Below, one piece after another: positions 1 to 13,929 of a stretch of 64,000 nt of DNA. This stretch comes from Octopus vulgaris (lineage: Eukaryota). The number at the start of each line of letters is the position of its first letter. Positions within the stretch are counted from its first letter, which is position 1. Location of the stretch: the NCBI GenBank assembly GCA_951406725.2, contig OX597820.1, positions 18,662,001 to 18,726,000 of the forward strand, in the 5' to 3' direction. The notes below the pieces were generated by a model, which saw only the letters and a program-made list of their open reading frames with translations, was not told the DNA's origin and made no database searches. A program made the position numbers and the translations under genes.

Positions 1-400
1 ATTCTTTTACTTGTTTCAGTCAATTGTTTGACTGCAGCCATGCTGGAGCACCACCTTTAGTCGAGCAAATCGACTCCAGGACTTATTCTTTGTAAGCCTA
101 GTACTTTTTCTATTACTCTCTTTTGCCAAACTGCTAAGTTACGGGGACGTAAGCACACCACCATCGGTTGTCAAGCGATGTTGTGGGGGACAAACATATT
201 CACACATATATATATATATAATTTTATACATATATACGACAGGTTTCTTTCAGTTTCTGTCTACCAAATCCACTCACAAGGCTTTGGTCAGCCCGAGGGT
301 ATAGTAGAAGACACTTGACCAAGGTGCCATGCAGTGGAAATGAACCCAGAACCATGTCGTTAGTAAGCAATCTACTTACCACACAGCCATTCCTGCACCT
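1..400 (-). mobile_element. tRNA-derived SINE, family A (CORE-like CCTTGGGCAAG body, GAAACAAGTAAAAGA tail)
   Basis: Minus strand starts with A box TGGCTGTGTGG and B-box-like GGTTCATTTCC. The same ~400-bp sequence recurs about 20 times in the window. Confidence 0.85.
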
Positions 401-1019
401 ATATATATATACAGGCTTCTTTCAGTTTCTGTCTACCAAATCCACTCACATGGCTATAGTAGAAAACACTTGCTCAAGGGGCCATGCAATGGGACTGAAC
501 AAGCTTCTTATCACTCAAAAAGATTGAATGAGGAAGAGATGGATGATGATGATGAGGAGGAGGAGGGGGAGGGTGAGGGGAGGAGGAGGCAGGGAAGGCG
601 GGGGAGGCGGAAGAAAAAAGAAAGAAAGAAAAAGGAAAGAAAGAAAGAAGAAAAGAAAGAAAGAAAGGAAAAGAAGGGAAAAGGAGTAAGTGCAGCTTGA
701 GGAGCAGGCTGAGAAGGAGAAGCAGAGGAGGAGGCGGAAGGGTAACGGGGAGAAGGAAGAGGAAGAGGAAAGTGAAAGGGAAAGAGGAAGAAGAAAAAGA
801 GGAACAACAACTGTAGCAACAACAACAACGACAACGATGACAGCAACACCTATCGTTCAGAGAGAGGAGGAGAGCTGACCTGTCTGACTGGAATGTCAGC
901 GAGTGGACAGAGATGCCAATAGACTTGCAACATATCTGGAATCGACATGTCATCTTGGCACTCAAATACGGAGACAACATTCATACAAATGTGCATGGAC
1001 ATGCACATATACATGCACG

Positions 1020-1036
1020 CATGTATATGTGTGTGT

Positions 1037-1079
<43 letters not shown>

Positions 1080-1219
1080 TAATACATATATGCATATATA
1101 TACACATATATATTTATATACATACATATACACACACACACATATATATATATATATATCTATACATATATACATATAACATATATATGTATATAACTAT
1201 CTTTATGTGTGTATATATA

Positions 1220-1258
<39 letters not shown>

Positions 1259-1416
1259 GCACACATATGTATATATATATATTTATACACACACATACAT
1301 ATATATATGTATTTATATATACATATATATGTATATATATATTTACAGACATATATGGTATATATCTATATCTATATGTATATATAAACACATACACACA
1401 CATACACATATATATA

Positions 1417-1513
<97 letters not shown>

Positions 1514-1545
1514 GTATACATATACATATCGATACACACACGCAT

Positions 1546-1581
<36 letters not shown>

Positions 1582-1590
1582 TACATCCAT
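1020..1590. repeat. Compound (TA)n/(CA)n microsatellite
   Basis: Visible dinucleotide runs, including a long pure (CA)n near 1425-1507. Confidence 0.95.
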
Positions 1591-1999
1591 AGATACTTGG
1601 TCATATTCATTATTTCAATTACCCACAAGCCAACCAACAAACTCACCTCTCCAAGAAGCCAGCATTCATCTCCAACCTTCACCTCCTTGCAGTCCCTTAA
1701 TCTTAAGAATCCCTCTCCATATTTCGCATATCACATATCTCACAACATTAACAAACACCACAATGCCATTTTTACCAAAACAATTTTCGGTACTTCACAT
1801 CATTTAAAAGACCTAACCTTACATCAAAGTATGTTTTTTTTTTCATTTCTTCCATCGTTGTTCTCTCTCTTTATATATTTTGGCAAGTTTCGCTCTTGGT
1901 TGACGGATTTAAAGCTTTTTTCTGAGATTGTTTTCTTTAGAAATATTCCATTCCACTCACAATAAGATTTGTCAACTCATCACAGCCTAAAATTCCATT

Positions 2000-2475
2000 G
2001 TTGACTCTCTCTCTTTCTCTCTCTCTTTCTCTCTTTCTCTCTGTCTTTCTCGCTTCCACCCTATCCTCTCTCTTTCTGTCTCATTCTCTCTCTCAGTCAC
2101 TCTCTCACTCACTCACTCTCTCTATCTCTTACCTCCACCTTCTCTCTCCCTCTCACTCTCTCTTTTTCTTTCTCCCTCTCTCTCCCTCTCTCTCCCTCTC
2201 TTTCTCTTGTTTCCACTCTATCTCTCTTTCTCTCCCTCATTTTCTCTCTCTCTCTTTCACCTCCACCCTTTTTCATTCTCTCTTACTCTGTCTCTCTCAC
2301 CTCCACTCCCTCTCTCTCTCTTTCTCTCTCTCACTCTTTCTCTTGCCTCCACCCTCTAACTCTCTCTATTGCCTCCACTCCCTCTCTCTCTGCCCCTCTC
2401 TTTCTCTCTCTCCCTCTCTCTCCTCCACTCCCCTTTCTCTCTCTTCCTCTCTCCCTCTCCCTCTCTCTCTTTCTA
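2000..2475. repeat. Degenerate (CT)n polypyrimidine tract
   Basis: Nearly pure C/T for about 470 bp. Confidence 0.95.
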
Positions 2476-3692
2476 GATTTATAAAGCAACTTCTCTCATA
2501 GTGAAACACTGAATAAGCAAATTTTGATTTGTTTCCATGCTTTTTCCTTTCTTTACATTTGCGATATTTGCATTATAAAACAATCTTCAGGTACATTTCT
2601 TTATTATTATGCAACAGAGACAGGAATGGCTGTGCGGTATAGCAGTTTACTTTGCAACCACACAGTTTCTAGTTCAATCTCACAGCACAGCAACTTGGAC
2701 AAATGTTCTCAATTATAGTCCCAGGTCAACTTATGCTGGAAGATAAAGGGCCAGACTGTGAGAGAAGGGAGTACAAAGCAGGTTTTCATTGGAGGGACTA
2801 CCAGGCTACGTACATTTAGAAGCTGGGGAGAGAATGTTCAAGAAGAGCTGCAAAGGATAAATGATATAAATAGTGGCAATGGAGTATCCAGATGGCCCCT
2901 AAAGATGCAAAGGGAGCAGAAGTGAGTGGGGACATGATGTACCCTACATACAAAAGAGAAACAAATTTGCAACAGCTTCCCTTTATGAAATGATAAATCA
3001 ATAACAAATAATATATAAAAAATGTATAGGTGTGGCTGTGTGGTAAGAAACTTGCTTCCCAAGCATATAGTTCTGGGTTCATTCCCACTGCATGGCACCT
3101 TGGGTAAGTGACTTCTATTATAGCCTCAGGCTAACCAATGCCTTGTGAGTGGATTTGGTAGAGGAAAATGAAAGAAGCCCGTCGTATATATATGTGTGTA
3201 TGTGTATCTTTTCTACTAAAGACACAAGGCTAGAAATTTGAGAGGAGGGGCTAGACAATTACATCGACCCCAGTGGTTAACTGGTAATTAATTTATTGAC
3301 CTTGAAAGGAAGAAAGACAAAGTCAACCTTGGCTGAATTTGAACTCAGAATGTGAAGACTGACAAAATCCTGCAAAGCATTATGTACATTTCTATGTATA
3401 TATATGTATAGGGTTCCAGGTTCAGTCCCACTGCATGGCACCTTGGGCAAGTGTCTTCTACTATAGCCTCAGGCTGACTTGTGCTTGATACTGTTCCCAT
3501 GATTTAACAATTCAGCAAAAGAGAATAATAGAATTAGTACCAGGCTTTAAAAACAAAAAGCCTGGGGTTCATTTATTTGACTAAAAATTTTGCAAGGTGG
3601 TGCTCCAGCATGGTTGCAGTCAAATGACTGAAACAAGTAAGAGATAAAAGATAAGAAGAAATGAAAATAAATTGAGAAAAAATTAATTTTTT

Positions 3693-4335
3693 ATTCTTTT
3701 ACTTGTTTCATTCATTAGACTGCGGCCATGCTGGGGCACTGCCTTGAAGAAATTTAAGTCTCATGTATTGACCCTAGTACTTTTTCATGTTTTTTTCTCT
3801 GTAAGCCTGGTACTTGCTCTATCATTCTCTTTTGCCAAATTGCTAAGTTACAGGGACATAAACACACCATTCATGATGAGGGAGACAAATAAAGATACAA
3901 AGACCCGCACAGATATATAAACATATACATGTGTGTGAGTGTGTGTATGTAACTATATATGTATATATATGTGTGTGTGTGTGTGTTTGTGTGTGTATAG
4001 TTATATATATGTGTGTGTGTATATTTGTATGTGTATGTATATATATGTGTGTATATATATATAGATATAGATATATATATATGTATACATACATATATAT
4101 ATATTTGTGTGTATATATATATATATACACACATATATATATATGTGTATATATATATATATATATACACACACATACACACGGTAGGCTTCTTTCAGTT
4201 TCCATCTACCAAATCCACTCAAAAGGATTTGGTCAGCTCGAGGCTTTAGTAGAAGACACTTGCCCAAGGTGACATGCAGTGAGACTGAACCCAGAACCGT
4301 GAGGTTGGTAAGCAAGCTTCTTACCACACAGCCAC
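3693..4335 (-). mobile_element. SINE family A with expanded internal (TA/TG)n
   Basis: Tail TTCTTTTACTTGTTTCA near 3695, head CTTACCACACAGCCAC near 4320, microsatellite at the same internal position as in other copies. Confidence 0.8.
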
Positions 4336-4349
4336 ACAACACCTTCAAT

Positions 4350-4568
4350 AATCCTTCCTACTATAAGCACAAGGCCTGAAATTTGGTGAGGAGCAGACAA
4401 GTCAATTACATCGACCCCAGTGTTTTACTGGTACTTAATTTATCAATTCCGAAAGGATGAATGGTAAAGTTGACCTCAGTAGGATTTATACTCAGAACCT
4501 GATCAAAGATGAAATTCCACTATGCATTTCGCCTGACGAGCTAACACTTCTTCCAGCTCACCGCCTTC
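4350..4568 (-). mobile_element. tRNA-derived SINE, family B (GCCTTTCATCCTTTCGGGGTCGAT central domain, MetaSINE-like)
   Basis: Matches the family-B copies at 7652, 10785, 32908 and elsewhere. The central motif resembles the Meta domain from memory, not checked. Confidence 0.75.
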
Positions 4569-5202
4569 GATTCTATAACAATAATAAAGAAATTATCACT
4601 ATTATCTTCAAATGGAATTAATGGTTTGATAGTAGTCTTAATATGCGGGATGACAGGCAAAATGCCTTGAGGTATTTAGTTATATTCTTTTATGATTTTT
4701 CTGTGTTCAAATGCCACCAGAGTCGACTTTATTTTTCACACTTCAGGGGCTGATAAAATTAAAATATACCCCTAGAGAATGAACTAATTGACTACATCTC
4801 TCTCCCAAGAGTCCATAATATCATGGGTGTGCTAGAAACCATCATTACCTTCAAATGGTAAAAAGGGAAGGTTATGTGAAGCCTGTGAACAAATGAAGTT
4901 AGCTTCAAGTATTAATTCCCGAATGGGAATGTATATCAATGAGAGAGCATTGTTATTTGCTCTTAAACACTCTTGAGGCCAAGAACTATACACACTTACA
5001 CACACATGCACACATACACATACACACTCACACACACACACAAATACACTCACACACACACATTCAAGACAACAAAACAGGAGATTTGGTTACAGTATTT
5101 TTATCACATCTCACACATTTCACTAACAAATGTTTATGTACATAAGTATATATGTATATATGCATGTATGTATAAATGTAAGCACATGTGTGTGCATGTG
5201 TG

Positions 5203-5260
<58 letters not shown>

Positions 5261-5445
5261 CATACATACATACATACACATATATACAACAGGCTTCTTT
5301 CAGTTTCCATCTACCAAATCCACTCACAAGGCTTTGGTTGGCCCAAAGTAGAAGACACTTGCCTGAAGTGCCATGCAATGGGACTGAACCCGGAACCATG
5401 TGGTTGGTAAACATGCTTCTTACCAAACAGCCACGCGTGTGCCTA

Positions 5446-5493
<48 letters not shown>

Positions 5494-6216
5494 GCTTCTG
5501 CCTGACCGGGGCTCTTGTGAAGCTATTCCACCCATGCTAGCATGGAAGGTGAACATTAAAGATGATGATGATGGGGATGATAATGATATGCATAGACATG
5601 ATGATGACACACACATACACTCACATACATATATTTCTACTCGTGTTTGAGTTCTTTTTTTCCAATTTGTATCACCATACCCGTGTGTGTGTGTGTGTGT
5701 TACGTATCAAATATGCAGGAATCTAAACAATACAATGATTTAGTTAATCAATCGACCAATCAGAGAGGCATTCAAACACATCTATCGTTGACAACATTGT
5801 TTATTTACTTATCTGGTTTATTGTAATCGAAATCCCCAGTTGAATAACTCTTATCATTTCTCTCTACGGGCAAATAATATCAAGATGAATCATTCAGTGT
5901 TATTCAATGGATATATATAAAAATATATATAAAAGAAAAAAAAATTTTTTTTTTTGAAAATTCAAAATTGTTTTTCCAAAATTCATTTCATATTCTTTAA
6001 CTTTTTAATCTGAAATATACACTTTTGGAAAGTACACTTTCCTACTGTCATCATTATCATTCTCATCAACGCCACCATCGTCTGTCACGATCATTGTCGT
6101 CGCATCGTTGTCACAATCATCATCGTCATAAAAGTTACTATCCTTACCATCATCATCATTATTGTCATCGTCATCATCGTCGTCGTCATCATCATCATCA
6201 TCATCATCATCATTAT

Positions 6217-6830
6217 TTTAGGAAAATGAAAATAAGAAATAAGTGTAAGTTTTAGGAGAATAAAAATATGAAATAAGTGGAAATTTTAGGAAAATAAAAA
6301 TAAGAAATAAGTGGAAATTTTAGGAAAATAAAATAAGAAATAAGTGGAAATTTTAAGAAAATAAAAATAAGAAATAAGTGAAATTTTAAGAAAATGAAAA
6401 TAAGAAATAAGTGGAAATTTTAGGAAAATAAAAATAAGAAATAAGTGGAAATTTTAGGAAAATGAAAATAAGAAATAAGTGGAAATTTCAGGAAATTAAA
6501 AATAAGAAATAAGTGGAAATTTTAGGAAAATAAAAATAAGAAATAAGTGGAAATATTAGGAAAATAAAAATAAGAAATAAGTGGAAATATTAGGAAAATA
6601 AAATTAAGAAATAAGTGGAAATATTAAGAAAAGAAAATTAAGAAATAAGTGGAAGTTTTAGGAAAATAAAAATAAGAAATAAGTGGAAATTTTAGGAAAA
6701 TAAAAATATGAAATAACTGGAAATTTTAGGAAAATAAAAATAAGAAATAAGTGGAAATTTTTGGATAATAAAAATAAGAAATAAGTGGAAATTTTAGGAA
6801 AATGAAAATAAGAAATAAGTGGAAATTTTA
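6217..6830 (+). repeat. 34-bp AT-rich minisatellite (TTTTAGGAAAATAAAAATAAGAAATAAGTGGAAA), about 18 units
   Basis: TTTAGG recurs at 6251, 6285 and onward with period 34. Confidence 0.95.
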
Positions 6831-6918
6831 CAGGTGAGTGTGTTACATAATAAGGCACAAAAAGAAAATGACTCTCCCCAAACACAACAGAATATGCAAA
6901 CCAAATCCAAAAACGAAA

Positions 6919-7120
6919 AATAATAACAACATCGAAAAATATTTTAGGATTGAGAACCCAGGTTCGAAATTTCCTCAAGACACCTGATGAAGGCTGGATC
7001 GTATATCAACCGAAACATTGTGTTTACAACAAACAAGATGAGGACAAATATCCGTCAAATGTAAATAATGTAAATAATGTAAATAATGTACATAATTCCT
7101 CATCTCATAAATATAGAACT
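6919..7120 (+). mobile_element. Hammerhead-bearing SINE-like element, headless 3' half (copy 1)
   Basis: Near-identical to 27115-27269 and 49450-49650: GAGAACCCAGGTTCGAAATTTCC, hammerhead motif, (TGTAAATAA)n, end ATATAGAACT. Confidence 0.85.
6979..7024 (+). ncRNA. Minimal type I hammerhead ribozyme motif (degenerate, GAAACATT)
   Basis: GACAC-CTGATGA-aGGCTG..CAACC-GAAAC-ATT-GTGTT: stem I GACAC/GTGTT, both core boxes present, CpG-type change at the cleavage triplet. Confidence 0.7.
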
Positions 7121-7651
7121 GTCTAATTTATTTTGTTTCCCACACTTGTGTAGGTTGAATGTTAGGAAAGAAGCCTGTTTCTTGCAATACAATACCAATA
7201 CATACATCTAAAGAAAGGGTTCTCAACCATTTTTATCTATGGACCCCTTTGATTACTATTTTATTCTGATGGACCCTAATAGCCATTCAATGTTGAAAAA
7301 CTAGTTTTATAGATACTTCTTTCAAAACACCTTTTTTTTTCGCACATTATGTCCAAACTTGAATTCATGCAAAAAGATAAACACATTTTTTTCTTTATTT
7401 TATGTTTAAAATTAAGGATTTCTATGCTTCAAAATTATCTTCTGAAAGAAATCGATAAAAATTTATAAAAGAATACACACCACTTATTAAGCATGTAAAA
7501 TTTCATCTAAAACACTACAAAAATAATAACTTAAATGGAATTTGAAAAAATGTTTTCAAAAATTGGACAGTATTTTCAAAAAGTCTTAATATTTACAGAA
7601 GTGTACCTATTTCGTCTTCAGAGCATGTATTTTCAATACTTATATGTATAT

Positions 7652-7830
7652 ATTTCTTTACTGCCCACAAGGGGCTAAACATAGAGAGGACAAACAAGGA
7701 CAGACATAGGGATTAAGTCGATTACATCGACCCCAGTGCGAAACTGGTACTTTATTTATCGACCCCGAAAGGATGAAAGGCAAAGTCGACCTCGGTGAAA
7801 TTTGAACTCAGAACGTAACGACAGACGAAA
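7652..7830 (-). mobile_element. SINE family B, 5'-truncated
   Basis: TTTCTTTACTGCCCACAAGGGG tail through GACAGACGAAAT. Flanks share TCAATACTTATATGTAT, a probable TSD. Confidence 0.85.
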
Positions 7831-8654
7831 TCAATACTTATATGTATATGATTGTGTAGTTAGGAAGCTCTTTGTCTAGCGATGTAGTTTTAGGTTCAAA
7901 TCCACTGCATGGCACCTTGGACAAGTGACTTCTACTATAGACCAGAGATGATTGAAGCCTGATTGAAGAGAGAGAAAAAAGAACGAAGAAGGGGGAAGGA
8001 AAAAAAGAAAAAGGAGGGGTGGGGAAAAAATGAAATAAGAAAAATTATGTATACAAGCTGTGTAAATACGTTATTGACATATATAGAGAGACAAGTATAC
8101 AAACACACAAGTTCAAGTGGATACATACACATACAGTCGTGTATGTATGTGCTTAAGCACAAACATACGCTCACTTACACATAAACAGAGACGCATGCTT
8201 ACAAATACATATTCGTGGCTATACACATATTTACATAAAAATTCCAATTTTTTGACAACATAGCTTTTTTTTTTTTAAATGGTGAGTGTAATAATGAAAA
8301 TTATACGAAAGACATGTAAAATATAACACCCTATTTCGGATCATCTATAAATTAAAAATCAAAGTAAGCCTATACAATATAATAACATGAAATAAAGTAA
8401 GCCGAAGGTTTTTCCTAAGGAATATGTAGAAATATAAACAAAATAAACGAAATATATGCATGAGACTTTGCTATACAGAATGAAATCTACATAGCGCGAA
8501 ACAAATCCATCGTTGCGTTTACATACTAGTCCAAGAATCAAAATCAAAATTTCAAAAATCAAAAATACAAAAAGACAAAATATATACTCTATCCGTATGG
8601 TATATTTATGTTTGACATTTTAAATTTGGTTGCGTGCCTGCATATATATATATG

Positions 8655-9800
8655 ATTACCGCAAAATACCGGTCAGCGGACACATAGATAGATGTGCTGG
8701 AAATGTAAATCCGAAATTTACAACTAACCCGCTCTATAAATTCAGTGACAACGCAACCTTCACACAACGCCAAAATAAAGAACTATATTTCATAAAAAAA
8801 TTTAGACCAAGTTTAAACACCCTGGGCCAGGAATACTAAAACAAAAGATAAGTCCTCCGAAAAGGAGAACCAAATTTCACCACGGCCGCTACTTCAAACA
8901 GACACTCACTCTGACGGAAATATGCCTTAGTAAAAAAGGGAAAAAAATTCTTTCGTGCAAATCTGACCCTGATACATACGATACAGCTAAGGGTCAGACC
9001 CGATTCTGATTGGTCAACAAGTTGATGACGTCTAGCTCTGCTAGAATGGACAGGATACAAACAGGGGACAGTCATTAGTCAGAATATTGATGACGTCCAT
9101 TTCTGCTTGAATAGTCACCTAACAAATACAGACAGGGGGCAGATCTAATGTAGCTATAAGTCGTGATTGGGCAGAATCTGGATGACATCCCGCTATGCTT
9201 GACTAACGAAGCGACTGGTCAAGACAGGAAACAAACAAGAGGGAGTTATAATGCAGCGATTGGTCAAAATAATGATGACGTCCCGTTCCACTTGATTAAA
9301 GCCACCTAACGAAACGATTGGTCAAAACATTGATGACGTCACGCTACGCTAGATTGACCACCTAACAGGCATTATAAAACCAAGCATTTCACAAAAAATC
9401 ACTAGAACCACCCAGCGAACTTCCACCATGGGTCATCACAATTGCTTAAGGTAAAAATGAATTCCTCGCTCTTTCGGAAACATCAATCTTCTGTATTGAC
9501 CGCTTCCCACCACTTTGATCTGTTTTTTGTATTGAATACGTATCGCCACCGTGGGCCACTGCATCGAACACTTTGAACATATACTTCAAACTATATATCA
9601 ACTATACATGAACTATATATCAACTATACATGAACTCTAAGATGTCTGACTCCGTTGTGTATTATAAATGAATTTCTTGTGTTTGACGGCATGAGCTGTC
9701 TCTTTTTATATATAACTTTTTTTGATAAGGTTCATTTCAGGAACTGAAACATGTTATAATGTATATATAAAAATTAAAAATTGTATAATACAGCAGCATT
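8655..9800 (+). mobile_element. Penelope-like element 3' end: GIY-YIG C-terminus plus pseudo-LTR
   Basis: Peptide RKIPVSGHIDRC...RQNKELYFIKKFRPSLN fits the Penelope endonuclease C-terminal E-x-x-x-I-x-x-x-x-P-x-LN pattern. A degenerate hammerhead lies at 9703-9773. Confidence 0.75.
9703..9773 (+). ncRNA. Degenerate hammerhead motif in Penelope pseudo-LTR
   Basis: TTGATAA (for CTGATGA)-GGTTC..GAACT-GAAAC-AT-GTT, with distal pairing TTTTTATATATA/TATATATAAAAA. Confidence 0.5.
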
Positions 9801-10784
9801 TTCGAACTTCATTTTTTACAAATATATATATATATATACACATACACACAAGACAAACTTCTTTCAGTTTCTGTCTACCAAATCCACTCACTATAGTAGC
9901 TGCCATGCAGTGGGACTGAACCTGGAAGCATATGGTTGGGAAGTATATATATATAGATGAAGATAGATTTACAGCATTTCTTCAGACCCTAAACCTGTTG
10001 GCTTATTGCCTCTCTAGAAAATGGAAGAAGAAAAAGCTTCATTACTCTATTTCATCAACAGGGGATTGTCTTCCTTTTACTATTATTAGTAATTGATCTT
10101 TTTAGTATATGAGTCCCAGGACACCAGTAGGAATTTCCTGAAGTGTAAGCACGGTCCGAGGACTTCCATCCTGGAGTTAAAGATGTTTCCTGTTGTAAGG
10201 GATGGGGACCTTTAACATCCTCATCCATTTAACTATGCACAGTTTACAACACTTGCTCCCATCTTCCATGGTATTACAAGTGGAGTTCTGTCTTCTTTCA
10301 GTTACCAAATATGACTGGCTAAGGACGTGTCATATTTCCTTTCTGAGATCCTGAAAGAGGACCTGTGGTTGGAGAGGCACTGCTTGAAGGTGTTACCAGA
10401 ACATTTGATGTATCTCTGTGTGTGGATGTAGGTACTACTGTTTCTGCTGATGCTGTCATTGCTGTTACCACTGTTATTGGTGCTGACGTTGTTGGCATTG
10501 GTGTTAGCATCGATGAAGCTGGCATTGGTGTTGGTGCAGTATATATACTTATATATGTATTTGTACATAAGAATTTTTTGCGTAATAAGATAAAAACGCG
10601 AAAAATTCCTATATACACACGCTGACATAGAACCAACGTTGAACCCTTTATTCGCAAAATTATCGAATCTGGAACTTAACTATGGTCTGTCTATAGCACT
10701 TATTCAGCATTACCTGACACCTTTGGGTCCCAATGACACCATTATCTCTTATAACCTCAACTATATGTATTTGCATATATATAT

Positions 10785-11016
10785 ATTTCTTTACTACCCA
10801 CAAGGGGCTAAACATAGAGGGGACAAACAAGGACAGACAAAGGGATTAAGTCGATTACATCGACCCCAGTGCGAAACTGGTACTTTATTTATCGACCCCG
10901 AAAGGATGAAAGACAAAGTCAACCTCGGCGGAATTCGAACTCAGAACTTAACGACAGACGAAATACTGCTAAGCATTTCGCCCTGCGTGCTAACGTTTCT
11001 GCCAGCTCGCCGCCTT
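10785..11016 (-). mobile_element. SINE family B, full length, CpG-intact
   Basis: Minus strand AGGCGGCGAGCTGGCAGAAACGTTAGC head, B box GAGTTCGAATTCC, tail GGGTAGTAAAGAAATA. Confidence 0.9.
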
Positions 11017-11018
11017 TG

Positions 11019-11127
<109 letters not shown>

Positions 11128-11469
11128 CACTTAGGCATTGCAAGACTAACAAGCTGTAGAAGAAATCAATACATGTATATTTCAGAACAAAGTCTTAGAT
11201 TGGTGTGGTGCAAGACGGTAGCCACGACAGGCAGAATCCACTCAGGAGTGTGTAACAACTTACCCGCCGAATCAACCAGCCCTGAAAATGGGATGGCACT
11301 GGAATGAGTGACCAAGACATGGAAAACATGACTAGTTCTAGCTTTGGGTAAAATATTATCTTGCCTGGAAAACTGGTGAGGGACGGAGACAGGGAAATGA
11401 AACTGGCCGCAGAAAATTTGCCTTGACAAATCCTGCTTGATCCCTTGCAACCATGGAAAAGCAGATGTT

Positions 11470-11479
11470 AAATAAATAC

Positions 11480-11511
<32 letters not shown>

Positions 11512-12003
11512 CGACAATGATGATGATGATGATGATGATGATGACAAGAACGATGATAACAACGATAATGATTATGACGGTGTTGATGATGATGATGGTG
11601 GTGATGATGATGATGATGATGGTGGTGATGATGATGATGATAATGATGATGATGACTGATTATAACAATGACAATGATGATGATGATGATGACGACAATG
11701 ATGATGATGATGATGATGACAAGAACGATGATAACAACGATAATGATTATGACGGTGTTGATGATGATGATGATGGTGATGATGATAATGATGATGATGG
11801 GATGATGATGATGATGATGATGATGATGACAGTGATTATAACAATGACAATGATAATGTTATGATGATGATGATGATGATGATGATAATGATGACAACAA
11901 CGATGATGACAATGATAATGATTATGACGGTGTTGATGATGATGATGGTGGTGATGATGATGATGATGGTGGTGGTGATGATGATGGTGGTGATGATGAT
12001 GAT
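11470..12003. repeat. Compound (GAT)n with three internal duplicated blocks
   Basis: GATAATGATTATGACGGTGTTGATGAT recurs three times. Confidence 0.9.
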
Positions 12004-12232
12004 TTGTATATACCGTTTCTCCGCCAATGGTGCCTGCGATGATATCTAAAATAATTTCCCTTGAAAGTTCTCTCTTCCATCATAAACATACTTTTAACGA
12101 AACACTGTCCATGTATTTCATTTCATTTTCGAAATAAACAAGAATTTGGGAAGAATTTATTGAAATAACTAACTCTATTATTTTTATTACTATTGAATGA
12201 GAGAGCAATTATTATTATTGTTGTTGTTGTTG

Positions 12233-12290
<58 letters not shown>

Positions 12291-12748
12291 GAAAACTGAT
12301 CTTTGAAACATTATGCAACAAAAGGCTTCATCTTTTTATTTTTGCATAAAAGGTTTTAATTAAAATATGAACTTTTGAAAACGAGTAATTTTTGTATCAT
12401 GGGGAACAAGGATTGGTCTCATGCTGGCTGGTGACAAAAGGAATGATTCCTTAAAGCTAGGATTAACTGAATAGACCCAGGATGTTGTTGCTGTTTATTT
12501 GATCAACCTTGGAAAATGGAAGAAGAAAAACAAAAAGAGACTCCCTCGGGTGGTTTGGAATGAAAGGCTAAAAGGGACAAAATTAAATATTGTAAATCAT
12601 TCAATTCAGTAGTCAAGTATTATATATATATATTATTTTTCACTCCCTTCGAAATTGCTCTTAATTGTGGTTTGGACTTTTTGACTGCTCTTTCTAGCAT
12701 GATAGGCAACTTGTTAAGGCTTGCCTCTTTGTGTATAAATTTTTATAA

Positions 12749-12782
<34 letters not shown>

Positions 12783-12960
12783 GCACTTGAGGCAAAATGC
12801 TTAGTGGTATTTTGTCTGTTTTTATGTTGTGTTCAAATTCTACTAAGGTCAACTTTGCTTTTCATCTTTTCAGGGTCAATAAATTAAGTACCTGTTGTGA
12901 CTGGTCCCCTCCCCATAAATTTTGGGCCTTGTGCCTTGAGTTGAAAAGAATATATATATA

Positions 12961-13221
12961 TCATCATCATCATCATCGTTTAACGTCCGATTTCCATGCT
13001 AGCATGGGTTGGACAGTTCAACTGGTGTCTGGGTAACCAGAAGGCTGCACCAGGCCCAGTCTGATCTGGCAGAGTTTCTACAGCTGGATGCCCTTCCTAA
13101 TGCCAACCACTCCGTGAGTGTAGTGGGTGCTTTTTACGTGCCACCAGCACAGGTGCCAGACAAGGCTGGCAACGCCCACAATCGGATGGTGCTTTTTACG
13201 TGCCACCGGCATGGAGGCCAG

Positions 13222-13222
<1 letters not shown>
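12961..13222 (-). mobile_element. RTE-tail repeat (family E)
   Basis: Minus strand GGAAGGGCATCCAGCTGTAGAAAC..CCAACCCATGCTAGCATGG..GGACGTTAAACGATGATG. Also at 15270-15420, 24838-25135, 35290-36125, 54010-54200 and 60120-60620. Confidence 0.75.
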
Positions 13223-13284
<62 letters not shown>

Positions 13285-13929
13285 TTGTGTGTGTGTGTAA
13301 TCAGCATCATCATCTTCATTGTTGTTGTTGTCATTATTATCATTCTCTTCATCATCATCGTCGTCGTCTTCATCATCATCATCATCATCATCACCATCAT
13401 CATTATCCTCATCCTCATCATCGTCATTTTCATCCTCATCATCATTATCATCATCGTCTTCATCATCATCATCATTTTCGTCATTAACATCATCATCATC
13501 ATCTTCATCATCTACATCATTAACATCATCATCATCAACGTTGTTACCATCATCATCATCATCATCATCATCATCATTGTTTAACATCCTTTTTTTTCCA
13601 TGCTAGCATGGATCGAATGGTTCGGCAAGAAGAGATGAGAGAGAGGGCTTGACTAGGTTCTGTATCTGCTCTGCAATTGTTTCTAAGGCTGGATGCCCTT
13701 CCAACAACCAACCACTTAACAGAGTGTGCTTAGGCATAAGACCAAGGCTTTTGAAGATAGGTGGGTGGGGGACAAGTGAATTAAACCAATCACTTGACTT
13801 GTAGCTTATTTTATTGGGCCCAGAGTGATGAAAGACAAAGTTGATCCCGAGAGGATTTGAACCCAGAGAATCAGAACAAATACTGCAAAACATTTTATCC
13901 AATACTCTATAATTCAAACATTTCATTTT

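Noticed and set aside
947-1965. YI/HT/CV-repeat ORFs throughout the window
   Set aside because: (TA)n, (CA)n and (TATC)n repeats simply lack stop codons.
6217-6830. Telomere-like TTTAGG
   Set aside because: It occurs once per 34-bp unit, not as a tandem hexamer or heptamer.
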